Shown in pieces: positions 9,927 to 21,000 of a stretch of 64,000 nucleotides of DNA (position 1 is its first letter; each line of letters begins with the position of its first letter). The stretch spans positions 1,922,001 through 1,986,000 of the forward strand of contig CAKKNE010000003.1 in the NCBI GenBank assembly GCA_918797485.1, read 5' to 3'. Made by a program: the position numbers and the translations under genes. The notes below the pieces were generated by a model. The model worked only from the letters and a program-made list of their open reading frames with translations. It did not search any database and was not told the origin of the DNA. The stretch is from Pelagomonas calceolata (taxonomy: Eukaryota).

Positions 9927-11230
9927 TTAGCCGGCGGGGTAGTGGCTCTTGCCCACGACGTGGCCGCGGCGCGCCGGCACCACGGTGTGCCGCCGCGCCG
10001 CGCGCGCCGTGAGCAGGAACGGCTTTTCTATCAACTCCTGGTGAAGCGCGTCGTCGAGCGTCACGTTGTGCAGGATGCCCTCCAGTTTGTCCGTTCTGAG
10101 CCCCTCTAAGAAGGCGTCGACGAAGAGTCCCACGTACCACTCCCTTCGATCCTGCGGGAGAAGAGCCACGACGCTGCCCAGAAAACCTCGATTCTCGTCC
10201 GTCGCGGGGTCGCAGGCCGCGCGCAGGTTCCGCCGCAGTCGGTCCGTGAACGGCTGCTCGTTGGGCGCGACTCCTTCCGCGGCCAACCTCGCATAATCCC
10301 GGTAGATGTCGGTCGCGAGAAGGTGCTCGTTGTACGTATGAATTAGTACCGGAGTGACCTTCTCGGTAGCCAGGGCGCAGAATTTGTCGATCGCGTGCGA
10401 CAAGAGCGGCGCGGGCAGGAAGGGGATCGACGACGCGTAGCCTTCTATTCGGGCTCCGAGTTCCTTGCGCTGCGCCGGGTCCGAGAACACGTCTAACGTG
10501 CTCTTCACGAAGACATCTAGAATAAGCTCGTGCGTCTCCCGTTCCGTCAGATCGCCCACGTCTCGGGAACAGTGCCGCATGGACCGCATCACCAAGACCT
10601 GTGCACAAATCAACCCGTGAGTCGGTGCGCGACGATGCCGCCGTGCTGGCTCCGTCGATTGGTGATGAACCGGCACCGCCACGCCATCGAGCAGGCGTCG
10701 CGTCGATGGCGTGGAGGTCCGAGAAGGCGCAGTGACATGTTGATTTACGCACGGACCAAGACAAGCAGACAATGGACCACATGCCTCCGGTCCAATTCAT
10801 CCAACAACGGCATCTGCCACGTGTCCACGAGCCACGCGTGCAACCGCTTCTCCAGCTCGGCCGCGGGCAACCGCGGCAGCGACTGGTCGCTGTGAATCAT
10901 ATTGATCACTTCGTTGGGCAGGACTTGCGCCAGCCGCTCCACCAGTCGACAGACGGAAAATTCGAAGATCTCTTGCTCTTGCTCTTCCGTGAAGAACGGC
11001 AGGTCCACGAAGTTATTGATGATCTCGGCGCACTGCACTACCTCGGCATCTGTCAAGCAGCCTCGTCCTCGTGCCTCCCGTGCCGCCGCGGTACCCTTGT
11101 ACCGCCGGTCCAATGGCACCTCGAAGCCGGGGCAGGCCCGCCGCTCGGCACAGCTCGCAGTGGTGACTGTGGCAGCCGCGGCGACGCCGACGCCGCGCAG
11201 CCGGGCAGCCCTTGCGATTGCTGCTCGCAT
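9927..11230 (-). CDS. Hypothetical protein with possible organellar presequence; exons 11230-10763 and 10598-9927
   Basis: Splicing 10599-10762 joins ...HVVHCLL|VLVMRSM... in frame. Repeated xxP(F/L)(F/L) helical motifs (VDLPFF, QMPLL, SIPFL). Confidence 0.75.
10591..10762 (-). mobile_element. Introner (MITE-like element 10599-10754 forming intron 10599-10762) with 8-bp TSD
   Basis: Direct repeats ACCAAGAC at 10591-10598 and 10755-10762. TIRs CTGTGCACAAATCAAC / GTTGATTTACGCACGG match 13/16. The GT donor comes from the TSD and the AG acceptor from the TIR. Confidence 0.9.
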
Positions 11231-11724
11231 CTGTATGCTTTTCAGTGGCGACTCCGAGGCAGCCTGTCCAAAATGCGCGTCGTGTACGGCGGCTCCGCGC
11301 AGTTGTCGTGGTGCGGGGCAGCCTGGCTCAAATGCGTGCGTAGTGTACGCGTTTTCGATTGATTTTCGCGCGCCTCGCGTCGAGGCACTGGCGCTCTGCT
11401 CGGCGCTGCTGCTGCTTGGAGCCGATCGTGCGGGAGCCATTGCGGGCACCCGGTCTAGGCGTCACACCGGGAGGGCTGCGATCCTTATCTGCACGCGTCG
11501 CAGAACGATTGAGCTAGCGTCATAGAGGCGCTAGCATACGCAAGCCCCTACGGAGCTGTGGCTCAAGACACGGTGCGGCGCCGTCTCGTGCCGCTGTCGT
11601 TGAGTTTTGATAATTTCACATGTTGTGTGAGACCAGTGCGTGGAACACTGCCGCTAATTTGCGCGAATTGCGCTGTGCCGATCATATTTTGCTCTGCTGA
11701 CGACAGGCTGTGCACTCCGTAGCG

Positions 11725-12372
11725 ATGCGACTCGGCGGACCGGAGCCGGCAATAAAGGCCGCGACGCGCGCGGGCGACGACGCATTCTTCCTGCAAGCGC
11801 GGCTCGCCTGCATCTCGGTCGCGACGGTGTGCTTCGCCGCCGCTGCCGGGCTCGAGGGCCAAAAATTGGGCAGTCCACTCGTGGCCGCGTTACCCGGCGT
11901 CGCCGCCGCGGGCGCGCTTGCGTATCGTGCGAGGCCAGCCCTCGCGCTGACGCCACCGCTCGGTCTCGACGGCGACGTGGAGATCCGCGAGGCGCCGGGC
12001 AAGGGCGAAGGCCTGTTCGCTTCGAGACGAATCAAAGAGGGCAAATTCATCATGGATTACTTGGGTGAGGAGATGTCCGCTGAAGAACTTGACGAACGCT
12101 ACGAGAACTTGCTCGAGGCGAGGTACGCGCTGGAACTCACGGGCCCGCTCGGCCTGAATCCGAGCTACATCGACGCCGTGAATCCAGAACGTTCGAATCT
12201 CGGGCGGTATATCAACCACTGCTCGCGCCCGACATGCCGCAAAGTACGGCAGCGCTTCCCCGACCGGCGGCTCCGATTCTTCGCCGCGCGGGACATCGAT
12301 CCCGGCGAGGAGCTGACGTTTGATTATGGCGAAAGCTACTGGATAGGAAGAGAGAATGAGCTTGTTGAGTGA
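11725..12372 (+). CDS. SET-domain methyltransferase with hydrophobic N-terminal segments (paralog 1, intronless)
   Basis: GKGEGLFA, YLGE, RYINH and GEELTFDYG motifs. Confidence 0.88.
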   Translation: MRLGGPEPAIKAATRAGDDAFFLQARLACISVATVCFAAAAGLEGQKLGSPLVAALPGVAAAGALAYRARPALALTPPLGLDGDVEIREAPGKGEGLFASRRIKEGKFIMDYLGEEMSAEELDERYENLLEARYALELTGPLGLNPSYIDAVNPERSNLGRYINHCSRPTCRKVRQRFPDRRLRFFAARDIDPGEELTFDYGESYWIGRENELVE

Positions 12373-12388
12373 GTAATCTTCCATGTTA

Positions 12389-12412
12389 GCTAGCGGGCCT
12401 GTAAGACACTAG
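12389..12412 (+). promoter_or_regulatory. CTAG bipartite intergenic motif
   Basis: GCTAGCGGGCCTGTAAGACACTAG between the SET paralogs. Confidence 0.7.
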
Positions 12413-12623
12413 CAAGCCACACGACTGCGCCGTGACTGAGACGCGTCATCGATCCCAATTGGGGAGTGCAACTTGGCAAAAGCTCTTGCAATTTGCACCG
12501 AGTCGCAAAGCACAGCAGTTGCAGCCACTCGCACAGCAAATACGCGTCGATTGTTGGGAGAGCAGCTCACATTGAAACTGGCTCTCCCTGCTAAAAAAGC
12601 GGCACGCCGCGCCTAACTCGAAA

Positions 12624-13335
12624 ATGCAGCCGCTGTCGACGAACCGCGCGACCGTCTCGCCGCCGGCGGGCGCCGACCAGCCGTTCATCGCCGCGCGGTT
12701 CGCCTGCTTGGCATTGGCGACGGTGTGCTTCAGCGCGGCGGCTGGCTTGGAGGGTTCGAAGATGGGTCAGCCCCTCGTCGCCGCGCTGCCGGGCACCTTG
12801 GCCGCGGCCGCGCTTGCGTATCGCGCGAAGCCCGCCCTCGCGCTGACGCCGCCGCTGACATTAGACGACGTATCAATAAAAGAGGCGCCCGGCAAAGGCG
12901 AGGGCCTCTTCGCGCGGCGACGGATAGAAAAGGGCGAGTTCGTCATGGTACGCGGCCGGCGTCCTCGATTGGTTTTTCGTGGTCAGCGTTTGATCACCTG
13001 CGTTGATGTCAACACAGGACTACCTCGGCGAAGAAATGGACGACGCCGCCGTGAACGAGCGGTACCGGGACCTCATCGAGGCGCGGTACTTGTTGGGTTT
13101 GCGGGGGCCACTCGGTCTCGATCAAACGTGGGTCGACGCCGTGAATCCTGAGAAATCGAACCTGGGCCGCTACATCAACCACGGCCGGCCGGCGTCGTTG
13201 AGGAAGGTGCGGCAGCGCTTCCCGGATAGACGGTTGCGCTTCTTCGCGGCGCGGGATCTCGAAGTTGGCGACGAGCTGACTTTTGACTATGGCGACGACT
13301 ACTGGCTCGGGCGGGAAAATGAGCTCCGGGAGTAA
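12624..13335 (+). CDS. SET-domain methyltransferase (paralog 2); intron 12948-13017
   Basis: Colinear with paralog 1 after removing a 70-nt GT-AG intron (EFVM|DYLGEE). Confidence 0.88.
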
Positions 13336-13365
13336 GAAGAGCCACACAAATAACTACCAATCAAC

Positions 13366-15966
13366 TTAAATCTGCATGAGGTACTCGATGCCCAGCAAAT
13401 CGAAGCACGCGCGCATGACGACGCCGGTCGCCTCGCAGAGCACGACGCGCTCCGCCATGCGCGCGTCGTCCAGGACCTTGCACTCCGTGACGAACTCCGT
13501 GAATTTACAGGAGACCTTGTACAGGTAGTCGCACACCCTCACGGGAAGGAACTCCTCCGCCACCGACGCGACCACTCCGGAAAACTGCGTCAATTCAAAA
13601 GCCAGGGCTCGCTCTTTCGGGTGCGCGCACAGGTCCATCTTGTTGGAAGCCGCTTTCTTCGCATCCACACCCTTCGCGGAGGCCTTCCGCACGATCGAGG
13701 CTAACCGAGCGTGCGCGAATAACAAATACACGGCGGTGTTGCCCGACGTACTCAGCATCTTATCATACGAAAACTTGTAGTTCGTCGCCGGGTGCTGGTG
13801 GAGGTCGGCGTACTTGACCGCACCATACCCAATCTTCTCGGCGGCGGACTTGACCTCGTCGGGAGACAAAGCGCACTTGCCCTCGGCCACGCGATCCTTC
13901 AGCGACTTCTCCATGCGCGTCACGGACTCATCCAACAAGTCCACGAGCCTAACGGTCTCGCCGGACCTAGTTTTGAAACGCTTGCCGTCCTCTCCCTGCA
14001 CGACGCCAAAGCCCACGTGGCACAATCTACCTTCACTAGATGTCCAGCCGGCCTTTTCCGCGGCCTCGAAGCACATGTGGAAGTGCTCGGCCTGGCCCAA
14101 GTCCGTGACGTAGACGACCCAGTCCACGCCGAGCGTTTTGAGGCGGTGGTGGATCGCCGCGATGTCCGTCGAATCATAACCAAAACCACCGTCCGACTTC
14201 TTCACGATCAAAGGAAAGGAGTGGCCCTCGAGGAAGACCGTCGTAGCCCCGTCGGAGTCCGTCGTTAACCCCGCCTTCTCCAGGAGCGAGATCGCGTTCG
14301 GGATCATCGAGTTGTAGTGGCTCTCGCCGACCTCTTCGAGCGTCACACCGAGTCGTTTGTAGACCCTCGCAAATTCTTTGCGAGAAATGTCACAGAGCAA
14401 GGCCCAGATTTCTCTGCAACGAGGATCCCCTGCTTGTAAAGCGACGACCGTTTCCCGCGACTTCTTCTTGAACGCTTCGTCGTCGTCAAATCTTTTCTTC
14501 GCGTTCTTGTAGAACACCGTTAAATCCGTGATGTTGGGAGGATTCGACGTAAAGTCGGGGTAGGCCTCCTCCATGTGGGAGATGAGCATCCCGAACTGCG
14601 TGCCCCAGTCGCCGACATGATTAATTCGGTGCACGTCGTGGCCGCAGTACTCGAGGACGCGACAGATCGTATCTCCGATAATGGTACTGCGTAAATGGCC
14701 GACGTGCATCTCCTTGGCGATGTTCGGCGACGAGAAGTCCACTAAAACCTTGCGCTTGCCGCCGAAGGCCTTGATCGGCGGCGGCGGCGCCTTGCCCTTT
14801 TGGGCTACTTCACGGCAGAAGTCTCCGAGGAGTGCGTTGTCTATTTTCGCATTCACGAAGCCCGCCGGCGCGACCGAGGCCGACACCAGGACACTGTTCG
14901 GAGGGAGGTTATCAGCAATGGCCGCGCCGACGGCGCGCGGCGAGTTGTAGGACGTGTCGCCCTGCCCTTTCAACGCTTTAAAAATGCCCATGGGCGCGTT
15001 GCACTGAAAATCCCCGAACGACGCGATGGCGCAGCGCTGGACGACGGGGTCCTGATCTTTCAGGGAGGGCGCGGCGCGCTTGATGGCCTCGGCGAACAAA
15101 CGCGTGACGAACTCCAGCGTCGACTCATCTTGCGCGGGACTCCAGGGCTTCTCCTCGCCGGCGACCTCGTTGGCCAGCGCCGTCACGGCGGGCGAGCCCT
15201 TGGCCGACTTGAGGGCGACCTTGCAGTCGCACGCGACGAGGATCCTCGCTAGAGTGCCTTTTGCTAACCCTGGATCGTTCTTCGCGAGCGCCTTACCGAC
15301 CTCGTCCAGCACACTGGCAGCCTGGGCCTCGGCGTCGGCGCGGCCGGACCAGTCGCACCAGCCGTCCGCGGCCGGCGTGTCGGCAGAAAACGCCGCCGAC
15401 GCGAACGCGAGGAGCCGGCACGCGTTCGCTGCGCCGCCGACGGGCCCGTCCGGCGTATCTAAGACGCAGCCGTCGCTGGGTTGCGGCGCGTAGGCGGCCG
15501 CCGCACCCTTCGCCACGGTGACCTTGCAGGCCTTGGCGACGGCCGCGACCTTCGCGCGGGCGGCCGCCGAGGCGCCGGGCCGCAGCGCGAAGCCCTTCGT
15601 CGGCGCGGCGGCCGCGGCGGCCGTCGGTGGTGCCCCGGCGCCGCCCTCCTTGTGTTGCTTCTTCTTCGCGTCTTTCAGAGCTTTTTTAGCTGCTGCTTTC
15701 TGGGCGTTCTTGGACATGGGCTTGTCGCCGCCGCCCTCCGCGGGCTTCTCCGCGGGCTTGGCCGCGGCGGCGGCGGCCTTGGCCTTCTTTTTTGCCGCTT
15801 TCTTGTCCACTATCGCCATCGGGTGCGCCGGGTCCAGTTTGGTGATCTGTTCCTTGATGGCCACTAGTTTAGCCACCGCCTCGGCGATGACCGCCTTGTC
15901 GCCGCCGCCCTTGGCCGTCTTGACCGCTTCGCCGGCGGCCTCGCACTGCTTGACGAGGGCGTCCAT
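13366..15966 (-). CDS. RARS: Arginyl-tRNA synthetase with N-terminal WHEP-like and GST-like extensions
   Basis: VDFSSPNIAKEMHVGHLRSTIIGD, GDWGTQFG, KFKTRSG-like RFKTRSG, GNTAVYL and the C-terminal anticodon domain. Confidence 0.97.
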   Translation of the reverse strand: MDALVKQCEAAGEAVKTAKGGGDKAVIAEAVAKLVAIKEQITKLDPAHPMAIVDKKAAKKKAKAAAAAAKPAEKPAEGGGDKPMSKNAQKAAAKKALKDAKKKQHKEGGAGAPPTAAAAAAPTKGFALRPGASAAARAKVAAVAKACKVTVAKGAAAAYAPQPSDGCVLDTPDGPVGGAANACRLLAFASAAFSADTPAADGWCDWSGRADAEAQAASVLDEVGKALAKNDPGLAKGTLARILVACDCKVALKSAKGSPAVTALANEVAGEEKPWSPAQDESTLEFVTRLFAEAIKRAAPSLKDQDPVVQRCAIASFGDFQCNAPMGIFKALKGQGDTSYNSPRAVGAAIADNLPPNSVLVSASVAPAGFVNAKIDNALLGDFCREVAQKGKAPPPPIKAFGGKRKVLVDFSSPNIAKEMHVGHLRSTIIGDTICRVLEYCGHDVHRINHVGDWGTQFGMLISHMEEAYPDFTSNPPNITDLTVFYKNAKKRFDDDEAFKKKSRETVVALQAGDPRCREIWALLCDISRKEFARVYKRLGVTLEEVGESHYNSMIPNAISLLEKAGLTTDSDGATTVFLEGHSFPLIVKKSDGGFGYDSTDIAAIHHRLKTLGVDWVVYVTDLGQAEHFHMCFEAAEKAGWTSSEGRLCHVGFGVVQGEDGKRFKTRSGETVRLVDLLDESVTRMEKSLKDRVAEGKCALSPDEVKSAAEKIGYGAVKYADLHQHPATNYKFSYDKMLSTSGNTAVYLLFAHARLASIVRKASAKGVDAKKAASNKMDLCAHPKERALAFELTQFSGVVASVAEEFLPVRVCDYLYKVSCKFTEFVTECKVLDDARMAERVVLCEATGVVMRACFDLLGIEYLMQI

Positions 15967-16120
15967 GGTGTGGCTGCTGAGGAGTGCTTACGACTACTGC
16001 TACTGCAGTGCTTACGTTGCTGGCTGCTGCGGCTTGCTGCTGCAGGAGTCCTTACGATCGCTGGCTGCCTCTGATGCACACGCGAGGCGAGCTAACTCCA
16101 AAATGCGGCTTCGCTTTTTT

Positions 16121-16143
16121 CTAGTGTCTTACATTACGCTAGC
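16121..16143 (-). promoter_or_regulatory. CTAG bipartite intergenic motif
   Basis: CTAGTGTCTTACATTACGCTAGC between divergent ArgRS and DUF3119. Confidence 0.7.
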
Positions 16144-16223
16144 TCTCTGAGAGCACGAGCAGTGGCGAGCGATTCGCTGCCCATTTGAAGCGTGGCCGCG
16201 GTCGCACAGCAGTCACAGAGAGG

Positions 16224-16886
16224 ATGCTCTCCCAGCGCGCCGCCCAGCTCCTCCTGCTTGCAGGCCTCGCGGCCGCCTTCCAGCGCCCAGCGCTGCGGAG
16301 CGTCGCCGCGCCGCCGCGGACAGCGCTGCGAGCGTCCGCCAGCGATGTGACCATCGACAAGGACTTCCGATTAGCATTGGGGACGTGCGGCGTCGCGCTC
16401 GTCCTCGACCAGATTCCCATTATCAAGTGGCTGCCGGGCCTGCCCCTGACGCTTTTAGGACTACTCTTCCTCATCCAGACGTGAGTGACGGCGTCCACCG
16501 TCGACGCGACCGCGAGAGTATCGGAGCCCGGGCGCGCACGCAGGTTCCGCCTCGACTTTACCTTTGATGATGAGGCCTTCGAGCTCAAGTCGGGCGAGGA
16601 GGACATCGGCGAGAACGTTGTTGTGGGGGGAGCGAACCGGTGGGCGTACAACACGTTCGTCAATTACGAGACCTTCCCGAAGGGCTGGGACGTGCCCATC
16701 TTGGTGTATTTCAAGGAGACGCAGACGCCCGAGTCGCAGTGGGGCGTCGGGCCGGGCGAGATGGCGAATTCTGCCGAAGCGATTGCGAACGGCGCTGTAC
16801 GTGGACAAGTGCACTTCTTCCCGGCGATCTGCAACGCGAAGCAGATCACGGACGAGTTCGCGCGGCGGGGGTGCGGGAAGCTGTGA
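16224..16886 (+). CDS. DUF3119-like plastid membrane protein; intron 16481-16543
   Basis: Signal plus AAAF motif, two TM segments, spliced LFLIQT|FRLDFTFD, then PILVYFKE and HFFP. Intron GTGAGT...CGCAG. Confidence 0.75.
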
Positions 16887-17203
16887 TGGCGTACTACCGG
16901 GAGCTGGCTAGCTACCTTCACAGAAGCAAATCGGATTAAGAGCAATAACTAGTGTGGGGGCGCTCCTCGCTGGCTTGGGCAAAACGGGTTTTTCATTGCC
17001 AGCAGGTGTGAAGTTTGTATGCCGCCGCATTAATGCGTTTAGAGCTTAACAATAGACGCGAAACCTAGAGATATTGCCGGAAAAAAACTCACAGCCATTG
17101 TAAAGAGAGTACTTAAGCGGTCACATTGTGAGAGACGCACAGACATGAGCCTCAATCTACCGAGGGAAACCGTCGTCGAAACCTTCTGCCACAGACCTTC
17201 GCC

Positions 17204-17932
17204 ATGCAAACTTCCGGTAATCCGCGGCGCCTCAAGCGCGTCGTGAACGTGTTCCAGTTAGCCGTGGCCTACGCGAAGCGGCAAATGGACGAGAAGGACC
17301 CGATGCAGACCGTGTATCTCGACCCGCGCTGGCCCTTATTCGCGCTCAAGCTCGTGAAGCTCATTATCCTGTGCGAGGAGCATCCAATAAGAATGTCGCT
17401 TCTTATCTCGCAAGTCGAGGACGCTCACCAAAAGGCGGAAGTCAACAGCGTCTGTACGTCGGACATGTTCCAATACCTCGACGATCAGCATGTGCCGGCG
17501 AAACCGTTGGATTCTGGGATGTTACTCGCCACTTTTTACTACAAACACGTGGACCCGCTCTACTACCTGCAACGGGACTGCGCGCGCAATCTTATGCAGG
17601 ACGGCGACCCCGAGAACTTCGCTATGATACTGAGCATGAAGTTACCCGACGAAGCGATTAAGGGGCTCCCAGAAGAGAGGCCCATGTTTGATGACGCTGG
17701 AGACTTCGACCTCGTCGTACGCGACCTCACTGGTCAAGACGAAGCCCTCTCATTACTAGATTACGCCCTGAATCTGAGCCCGGCGCTGCGTGACACGATC
17801 ACGAGAGACGTCGCGCAGAACGTCTCCGCATTCGAGCTGCGACGCCCGACTGCTGATCTGTCTGATCAGCGCGAAAGTTCGGTCCAGTCCAAGGCGTCTT
17901 ATCTGCTGAAGCCTCCAAAGGCTGCCGTGTGA
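17204..17932 (+). pseudogene. C-terminal fragment of a KAP-family P-loop NTPase-like protein
   Basis: Begins at GNPRRLKRVVNVF followed by KLVKLIILCEEHP, typical of the end of KAP NTPase domains. No Walker motifs fit in the ~320 bp upstream. Confidence 0.55.
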
Positions 17933-18033
17933 GCGCGTGGACTACGAGCTAGCTCTTGCAATCGAGCACCACCCCCCGAGCCGGTGCTGGAAAATTCGAA
18001 CCCCCAATCGCGTAAGAAAACCAACAGATATAC

Positions 18034-21000
18034 TTAATCCTCCCCCCCAGCCGTCACGTCCATCCCATCATCCTCCTCGTCATCGGAAGAAGACGAGTCC
18101 TCCGAGTCGTCCGGCGGCCCCTCGTTCGCGAAGGCGTCGAAGTCCTCCGGCGGGTGTTCTCTAGCACGCAAGACCCAGTAGGCCCGCGTGACCGACCGCT
18201 GGTCGCGCTCGTCGAGGCGCGAGAGGAGCGTGTTGATCTCGGCCAAGTCCTCGTCGTCATCATGGTCGAACTCGCCCGCGTCCAAGCGATCGACCAGGCT
18301 GCGCGCCTCCGCCGACCGCAGCGGGAACAAGTCGGCCAACGCTTCGGCCTCGTCATTGAGCAAAAGTTGCCGTCGCCGGCGCGCGAAGCCGAAGACCACA
18401 TTTAGTGCATCCTCGTCGCAGCGCAGGCCGTTCCGATTGAGGCATAGTAGGAGCGTGGTCCAGACTTCCGGTTGCGGGGCGACCGTGGGCCGCTTCTCCA
18501 CAGTGCGTCGTAAACCTCTAGCGAGTTGTGCCGGCGTCCGCGCACCGCGTAGGTCCAGCGTAACTAACCCAACATTGGCCTCGAAAGCAAGACCAAATTC
18601 CGACATGGCCCTAGTAGTAGAGCGAGGTAGATGACACCCGCGCAACTGCAACGTTTCCAAGCGAGCGTCATCTCTCAAATGCCTCGCCAACGCGTGCATG
18701 CCCACATCACCAATATCGTTCCTTTCTAAGTTCAACACGCGGGGGTTCACGTCGCGCCGCGGCGGATCGCCCGAGCGCCTCCTGGAGAGGCCGTGCAATA
18801 TGGCCGCGATGCCAGCAGGGCCAAGAGAACAGTCTCTCAAGTCAAGACTCTCGAGCGCGTGCCGCGACCGCTCCAAATCTCGACCTAACGCCAACGCGCC
18901 GGCATCCCCAATACGCCGCCGCGCGAAACTTAGGTGCGGCGTCGGCGGGGCGTCTGTGCTGACGCCATTCAACTTGCGTAGAGATAGATGCCTTCTAGCA
19001 GCTGCAGCGACGTCCGAGGCGGCTTCGCCCAATGCTACTCCTCTACAGTCCACTTCGACGATTCGCGCGGCCGTCGTGATGGCCGCGGCCACGAGCCGCC
19101 CACAGCACTTGGACCCTTCCAGCGCGGAGCGCTCTCTGCGAGCCGCCGTGACGCCTTCCGCTTCCCCCTCTAAAGCCGGCCAGCGCTTCTCGAGCCGTTC
19201 CACGGAGACGTCCAGGGTGGAGGTCGCGCCGTCGCGTAGTGCTTTGAGTTCTAAATCAAGCGACCCCACCTCCAGGACATCCAACGCGTCGAACAGATCC
19301 AACAGGCACTGCTGGCCCGCCTCGTGGCAGAGCGGTGGTAAGGCGTGCAGTCTACAGATCAAGTGGCGCGGGTATTCTGACCGTTGAGCGAGCTGCTTGA
19401 ACGCCTCGGAGAACAGCCGGACATTCGCCAAGCGAGCGAGAGGATAGATCGCCGCCGTCCTCGGGTCCGTGGCGTTCTGCGACCCGACGTGGATGGCTCG
19501 ATAGTCAGTGGTGTCCGGTCCCACAAAACAAGCCTCGGCCTCTATAGTTGTACCGGAAGAAGCTCGTAAGGCAGCCAAATCCAAGGCCCAAGGGCCATCG
19601 ACTGAACATCTTTGTAAAGAAGGCGCCTTGGCCAGACCACGAGCAATCGCTGGAAACCCGGCGGCCAGAGGGATGCGCTGCCTCGAGTAGGCCCTATCTA
19701 CCGCATCATCGTTCGCGTCGTCCGCATCAGAAGACGACGCCTCGGCGTCGACAGCTCGAGCCCACTGCCGCGCCCTTCGATGCCACCGCGCGTCCGCGGC
19801 GTCGCCCTCGTCATCATCGTTGGCCGGAGGATCATCAGCAGCGTCGTCCATCAGCGATTCCGCGCACCACCTCGTTAATCTAGGAGCGGACCACTCGTTC
19901 TCCGACAGGTCTATGCTTTCTAAGGTAAGCATATCGTCCCCTAGCACTTGTCCCAAGTGTTCAAAGGGCTTGACCGCGATGGGACCGTCCATCATCCCAA
20001 AACAACAATTCTTCAGCGATAAGTGTTTCAAGTGCGTGCCGAGCTTCGACAGGGCATCCGCCAAATCGTCGACGACGTCCCTCGATCTCCAGGCCGCCCC
20101 GCACGTGTCGTGGTCACACACTCTACAAGCCAAGTTCAAATCAACCGCCAGGCCATGGTGCGACGCGCAGGCATTGCACAAATGACCAGAACCAAAGACC
20201 TCGGGAGTCATCGGGTGCGGGTGTGCACAAGGCATCAGGTCGCTACCGTTAAAATTCAGCGTTTCCAACGACACGCAGCCTTCCAGCAGTCTAAGGACCA
20301 TGCGCGCCGTGGCTCGGTCCAACGACGCGTCGGAGAAATCTAGCGTTAAGAGTGTGGGTCCCTCGGCGCGGAACCGGGCGACATCGAGACCGTTGATCGT
20401 TGCTAACGTAGTGTGCTTGGCCTTGGCTACCAACCTCTCGAGACCGGCCGACGACACGCCCGCCGTCGACACTCGGAGCGACGTGACATTTTCTGCTAGG
20501 CGAGCGACGGCCCCGACGCCGCCGTCGCGCAACGCACCTCGCACCCTCAACGACTCCTCCTGCGATCGGATCGCCGCGACATCCAACAGAGCCGCACCCA
20601 AGCCCAGCGTGACCCAATTCCTCTCGACCGCAGCGGCCGCGAGCGCTTCCCCAACATGAGCGCCCGGATCCATACTATCCCTACAATCCACGACCTCCAC
20701 GCGAGGAAACGATGCTAAAGCCGCAATCAGCCGTTTGACGGGATTCGGGTTGATGCCCGTGCTATGACTTTTCGAATCTAAACAAGAGGGCGCATCCCAC
20801 GAGTCGAGGTCAAACGCCAAGGCCTGCCGCGCCAGTCGCAACTCTTTCAACGCACCCTTCGCGGCGGGGCCCGCCCTCTCAAGAGCCGCGGCTAAGACCA
20901 CACAGCCACCCGCTTCTAAACGACGAGGCGGCCCGGTGGTGGCCGGCCGGACCATCCTACGAGGTACCCTATCCTCTCTTCGTACGACGCGATCCTGCAA

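Noticed and set aside
16481..16543. DUF3119 intron as an intact introner
   Set aside because: No TIR or TSD is recognisable; only the short shared internal motif.
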